DNA from: the human T2T-CHM13v2.0 reference genome, Homo sapiens
Length of the DNA: 64,000 nt
Assembly: GCF_009914755.1 (NCBI RefSeq)
Contig: NC_060928.1
Direction: 5' to 3' (one strand)
In this document: one piece after another, positions 57,750 through 64,000 of the stretch
Layout of the letters: the number at the start of each line of letters is the position of its first letter
Position numbering within the stretch: position 1 is the stretch's first letter
Position numbers and translations under genes: made by a program
Notes under the pieces: model-generated
What the model saw: the letters and a program-made list of their open reading frames with translations, nothing else
Told to the model about the DNA's origin: nothing
The model's database searches: none

Positions 57750-58200
57750 TAGAAGAGTTGTGCATGAATTTATGATGCCATTACCCTGGAGCAGTATTCT
57801 GGCTCTTATCTTAAAATATCTGCTTCGAATTTATAACTATAAACCTAGAAATTGGGATTTACATTTATATGATCCACATGGAACATTCTTGGCACTCTGC
57901 AACCAAAAATCTAAGATAAAATGTGGCCCCAGGCCAGTGATGTGTCAGGCATGCAGGCAGTAGTAAAAGCAAATGGGCCCTGGAGGAGACAGGTTCCTCA
58001 CAGGTAGGATTAGTTCATAATCCCAAATTATAAAACATGCAATAAACCAAGTCTTCAGTAAGAAAGAATTGGAAGACATAGCATATAGCCGTACTAGATC
58101 ATCCGAACTTCACGTATCAATATTGAATAGAGATTCAAGAATAAATATGTTTAACTCCTTAAACACATTGCCGCTTATACAGAGCATGTGTGTATCTGAC
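57750..58200 (+). mobile_element. Old L1M/HAL1-like 5' fragment
   Basis: 'gtggccccaggccagtgatg...aagcaaat...ctggagga', 'aataaatatgtttaa'; similar to 22600-22900. Confidence 0.4.
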
Positions 58201-58511
58201 AAACTGTCTATAGGGCTACCAGTCTGTGATCTTTGCTTTAACAAATGTTTCATTGTGTGGAAATAGTGTCTAATAAGACCTCTTTATATAGCTGTTAATT
58301 AGCTTCTGCATATCTAAATTCTCAGATCTTATCTTTCCTGCCTTGGAATTACATATCTACCAGGTAAAATATAATCATATTTAAATTACTTAAATCTAAG
58401 TATCGGTGAGGATATATTATATAATTTTTATCAGAACCCAAAATCAAATTGGCTCCCTTAGGGAGCCATAAATCTCATAAATCTCAGTTTGCCCGGGAGA
58501 GTTCAGTTTAA

Positions 58512-58872
<361 letters not shown>

Positions 58873-58951
58873 TCATCTTCTTCATTCTCAGAACTTTTCC
58901 AGTTTGAATAATAAATCATAAGGCCATCATTCTCGAATTATAATGGAAGTA

Positions 58952-59385
58952 CAGTTGACCCTTGAATAAAGCAGGAGTTAGAGGCCCAGATCCATGCACA
59001 TTCGAAACTTCATGTATAAAACTTGATTCCACCAAAACCAAATTACCGAGAGCCTACTATTGACCAGCAGTCTTAACAATGACGTAAATAATTAATAATT
59101 TTTTAAAATATTATATGTATTTTATACCATATTCTTACAATAAAATAAGCTAGAAAAAAGAAAATGTTATTAAGGAAATCATAAGGAAGAGAAAATATAT
59201 TTACTGTTCATTAAGTGTAACTGGATCATAATAAAGGTCTTCATCCTTGTCTTCATGTTGAGCAGGCTGAAGAGGAAGATGAAAAGAGAAGTTGGTCTTC
59301 CTGTCTCAAGGTGGCAGAGGCAGATGAAAATCCACATATAAATGCACCCCTGCATTTAAAAACCATGCTGTTTAATGGTCCACTG
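58952..59385 (-). mobile_element. Tigger2a (MER28) non-autonomous DNA transposon
   Basis: TIRs cagttgacccttgaa... and ...tttaatggtccactg; TA / TG flanks; internal 'ttaaggaaatcataaggaagagaaaatatatttac'. Confidence 0.9.
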
Positions 59386-62299
59386 TGTATTCTTCCATGC
59401 AGTTGAAGAAATCTACAAGTCAGGTGAGTTTCAGGAAGTGATATTCTGAAACCTTCTCCTATCAACTGATGAGAGCCATTAGTTAGCATTTGTTTTCAAT
59501 TCCATATTCAGGGACATAAAATTGGTATCTTGATATTTGCAACAATGAGAATATTTACTTTGAAAAATGGCTAAAGCTACAATGCAGACTTTTGTGTTTT
59601 TTTTTTTTTTTTGGTTCCACTCAGACCAGTATACCACTGACTTTAAGAATAATTTTGTTTGTTCTACTTCGTTTTGTTTTGTTTTTCAGCTCCTCTGCTT
59701 CTCAGACTGTTTTGCCTCATAGAAAAAAAAAAAGGCTCTTGCAGGCATCTGGTTTTCTCCCCATATTCTCAGGAGCAGGTTGAGGGGATTCCTGCTGCAG
59801 GACTGTCTGATAGGAGAAATGCTTTCCATCCTCCCATCCACCACACCACTATTCACATCTTAGCCTCTGTGACCTTCCTCATTTGACATCTGCCTCATGC
59901 AGCCATTTTACTGAATCCTTTCTCTGCCCTGTTGCCCCTTTTCTTTGGCTTGAAATTTCTTGTGAGTTTTCTCTCAGCTCCTCAAATAGGTACAGAAAGA
60001 AAATCATCAAATAACAATTGCCTGAGCAGATATCCAAGTAAGGCTTGACATCACGGTCTCTTTTTTTGATGAAGACTTGATTTCTGCAGTTGATTCTCTG
60101 AGAGCCCCTTTCACTTGTTATCTGCAACAAGGTCTGTGGGTCAAAACTCTCAGCACATTTTCTCCCTAACAATTGTAAGCTATCACTCACAACTCTAACA
60201 ATTGTCTTTGTATTTTTTTAAATACACCATGATTGTTCATCTTTATGTAAGATAATAAGACCAGTTCTGCCACCTTTTGATCATTCCTGGAGGTTGTATC
60301 TGGTGGTTCTATCTAGAATGTAAAGGTGCTTAACTTCTAAAACTTTTAGCTGTGAACTTTAACTAAAAGTTTTAGTTAAACCAAAAATGTAATATTTAAC
60401 ATTTTGATACACACACACTCGTGTACATTTTTGTCACCTTCACAAACTTAATTACCAATAGGTAGTGGTCTCTACCAAGTATTTTCTGTTTAATTTACAT
60501 TCTCTGACTGTTTATTCTTGTCTCTCCTCTGGAGTTTCCTCTATGTAGTTTTATGTTCATACTTGCAGACTTTGACAACACAAAAGCGCATCTCAAGTAG
60601 TGTACACTAATTTTTAAGAAGTCCTTGACCCTTTAAAGAAGGTAAACTTGTGATTTTTTCATCAGGTCTTAATTATTCCCCTAAAACACGTTTATATTAC
60701 CATTTCTACTCCAATTGCTCCTATTTCTTTTTTGGGTAACTGATTTATTTAGCAGTCTAAACTTGGAAGTATATAAACTTGAAACAGTTTTATATTTCTC
60801 CAATGACTGATTTCTAGCATGCTCTTCAGAATGTTAATTTCTGACCCCTGAAGACATTTTGGGCAGAATCCATATTTGATTATGTTCAGTGATAAAATAA
60901 CCACTTTAAAATGCCAAATTCATGTCCTATCTAAAATTAATCCTTCCCTTCTTCTCCTAAGAGCTGGCAACACTTGTAATTTGAGGGACTTGGAGTAATA
61001 GGGGGTGTTGTCTCTGTCATTTCAATCCTCCTGCCAGTGCAATTTCTTTGAGCCTAAGGTGGATGTTTGTGTGGGCTGCTTCAGGAATATCTATATTTAC
61101 TCCTTTCTCACGGGCTTAGTAAGAACAAATTCTATATTACTTCCCTGTTTTTGCTTTTAGTTACATCCTTTATTATTATTCTTGCATGTCTAACTAACAC
61201 TGATTATAAATCAGTGTCTCCTGTACAGCAAGTATTCAAATTCTACCTGTCTTATATGATACCACAGAGTCATATAACTGCACAGTTCCTTGGCAAATAA
61301 AATGCAGGTACAATTCCACCACTTATTCTCCTCTCACCCCTCACACTTTTGCTGCTGTGTTTGTCCCTCAGCAAGCAGGCCATACCCTTGAATTGCATAA
61401 CAAGCAAGACAATTCAGTAAGGCTTTCTTCTTCAGTATCTCTAGATCCAAGAAAAAATGACACATCTTTCTGTGACAAAGGATGAGAGAAAGCAGGACAT
61501 CCTGGTGCTGATTAATGTCTTTATTTTGCTATTTTTTGTCAGTTGTTTTTCCAACCTTTTCAGATAGATAATGGAGCAGCTAATCAATGCCTGTGGGTAA
61601 GCTGACTTTAAGCTGGGAAACTAAATGGCAGACTTCCATTCTTGAAGGCGCTTTTAATCTCTTCAAATTAGTCTTTTGGAGAATAGCCAGCCTCTTCTGA
61701 ATTGAAAGTGTATCTGAAAAATAAGCTCCCTTTATGGAAACCACAACCTTTCCAACTAGGACAGTGGCCCAATTCCACAGATCACCAACCCCATCCCACC
61801 TCCTGCCTCTTCTCCAGTGTCCCTGTATGTAGATACCGGTGGTGGCAGAGTGGACAAGGGAAGACTTTGATACAGCCCTGGAAAAGCCCTGTATACCTGA
61901 TTGTCAGTGCCTCTCTTGAAGCTTTGTCATATATATGAAGTAAGTGATGAGTTTTTATCTTAAGCTTTGGGTACTCATTGCCAATTTTAGAAAAATAAAT
62001 AAAAGTTTTATTCAATAATATGTTACATTTGTGAACACTCACAAATTTAGTTTATATTTCTATCTTCCACACTCAAAAGTTTTTATTTTTCATCCTTTCC
62101 TTTTCTTTACCTTTTATCCAGATTTTTGAATAGTATAAAAGTTTTTCTTTTTACAAAACAAGATCAAGATTCCTGATCCACTATTTTACAGTGTGAATTC
62201 TGTTCTGTACAGTTTTAGTACAGTATTAATTATTCTGCAACTATTTACTATTTCTTGACCCAGATTATTTTATATAATTATGTTCTCCATTATTTCAAC

Positions 62300-62700
62300 T
62301 TATAATCTTCTCATCTTTCTATTTGTAAAAATAATTTTCAATAGAAACAATGGGAGACATATCATGTGTTTTGAATAGGTAATATATTTAAAATTTGGGT
62401 TGATACAAAAGAATATATAGTGAAAAGTCTCCCTCTCTTGCTCATTAGTCACTGAATTCCTCTTTCTCGAGGTAACCCAGCTAAATTTTAGATAGAGAAG
62501 AAAAAATATGAAAATATCTTCACAAAACCGTAGCATGTCATACAATCTGCTCTTCACTGTTTCACTTAATAATATATCTTAGAGAGTCTTCCTTCTCAAT
62601 ACACAAAAATAGTCAATACAGATAGTTTAAGCTGTATGGTATCTCATTATGCGCTATAATTGAATAAGCTCCATATTTATAGACAGCAAAGAGTATGTCA
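62300..62700 (-). mobile_element. L1ME 3' fragment
   Basis: 'aagaatatatagtgaaaagtctccctctc', 'tttcacttaataatatatcttagag'. Confidence 0.55.
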
Positions 62701-62839
62701 ATGCATTATCTTTTTAGAGTCTACTAAGTCATCCTCAATTAGGATTACAAATTTACCATTTGCATTTCTTATGTTTAATGACACTGGCAATTTGGCAATA
62801 TGATAGCTCAAAAAAAGTATTTCAGTTCATAGTAACTTT

Positions 62840-63480
62840 AGTGATACATGGTACATACTCTATATACCCTAACAAACAGAAACATTACTTTTAAGAATAA
62901 TTACTAAAATAAACACAAAACTTATATGATATGGGAACAAATCAAGCCTAAGAGATATAATACTTCTATCATGAATACATCTATATTTCCCCTTTATTGG
63001 AGTAATTAAAAATTGAATAAAGGCCAGGTGTGGTGGCTTATGCCTGTAATCCCAGCATTTTGGAAGGTCAAGGTAGGCAGATCACTTGAGGTCAGGAGTT
63101 GCAGACCAGCCTGGCCAATATGGTGAAACCCCATCTCTACTAAAAATAACAAAAATTAGCCTGGTATGGTGGCACGCACCTGTAGTCCCAGCTTCTCAGG
63201 AGGCCAAGGCAGGAGAATCGCGTTAACCCAGGCGGCGGAGATTGCAGTGAGCCAAGATTGTGCCACTGCACTCCAGCCTGGACGATAGAGCGAGATTCAG
63301 TTTCAAAAAAAAAAAATGAATAAATAAAAAGATATATTACAATCATAAATAGGAAAACTAATATTTTTTATAACGGGTTTTCTTAAATGGATCTGTAGAT
63401 CAATATAATTCCAATTAAAACACTTTGAGAATGAACAAGATTATCCTGATTTATTAAGAAAGAGCAAAGGTTAAGATTTA
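62840..63480 (+). mobile_element. Old L1M ORF2 fragment interrupted by an Alu
   Basis: 'cttaaatggatctgtagatcaatataattccaattaaaa', 'gaataaataaaaagatatattacaatcataaataggaa'. Confidence 0.55.
63022..63316 (+). mobile_element. AluS (Sz-like)
   Basis: ggccaggtgtggtggc...'gatcacttgaggtcaggagtt'...A-tail; TSD aaaa(t)tgaataaa. Confidence 0.94.
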
Positions 63481-63877
63481 ACAAAGGGATGAGGTGATGA
63501 AAACAGTGTATTGGTAGCTACAGGGCTTAATGTGATATGGCTTGGCTTGCATTCCAAGTATACATATATTAAATATGTTATTGTTCATTAACTCTTTCAA
63601 GTATAAAAGGTGGTATTTTTAATTCTCTCTTTGTTTTTCAGTACTGCTTGAATGTGCTTTTATAATCTACAGCTAAAGAGAAAGTTCTAATTTCTAGACT
63701 AATTTTCAATACCTGGAAAAAATGCATCCAGTAAGCCTTTTTAGATCTCATGTCCCTATTTTGTTTTCTAAAGCAAATGCATTAATATCTGACCCTCTGA
63801 ATTTGTTGAGCACGTGTAAGTCCTCAACTCCAGGATGTATTAAGCATTTCTCAAAGTTTTAGTCATACAAATTTTCT

Positions 63878-63951
63878 CTCCAAATTTTAATTCTCCATTA
63901 TATTTTAAATTATTCCTCCAATTTTAATTCTCCATTATATTTTAAATTATT
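63878..63951 (+). repeat. ~37-bp tandem duplication
   Basis: ctcca(a)attttaattctccattatattttaaattatt occurs twice. Confidence 0.9.
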
Positions 63952-64000
63952 TCTTTCTGTGAATTATATATAGACATAAAAATAGTAATATTATTATTAT

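Overview
Primate (very likely human) AT-rich, gene-poor DNA dominated by interspersed repeats. I can support no intact protein-coding gene. The main contents are: (1) a full-length, intronless, disabled processed pseudogene of mitochondrial threonyl-tRNA synthetase TARS2 (minus strand, ~7.47-9.77 kb); (2) a 9.8-kb LTR9/HUERS-P3-type ERV1 provirus with both LTRs, tRNA-Pro PBS, 4-bp TSD, gag and env remnants and an embedded antisense LTR8 fragment; (3) a THE1D MaLR element with a truncated 3' LTR; (4) a MER41B solo LTR retaining one GAS motif; (5) a nested L1M > Tigger1 > AluY stack; (6) many Alu, L1, L2, MIR, MLT/MST and Tigger copies. The most unusual observation is a ~87-bp alpha-satellite fragment, bracketed by a 22-bp inverted repeat, fused to the 5' end of an AluS and enclosed with it inside one apparent target-site duplication. 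This looks like an alphoid-Alu chimeric retro-insertion in non-centromeric DNA. Other oddities are an inverted and relocated segment in Tigger1, a twin-priming-like inverted old L1, and a 192-nt open candidate exon in apparently unique DNA. Family calls come from recalled consensus sequences, not searches, and boundaries of old repeats are approximate.
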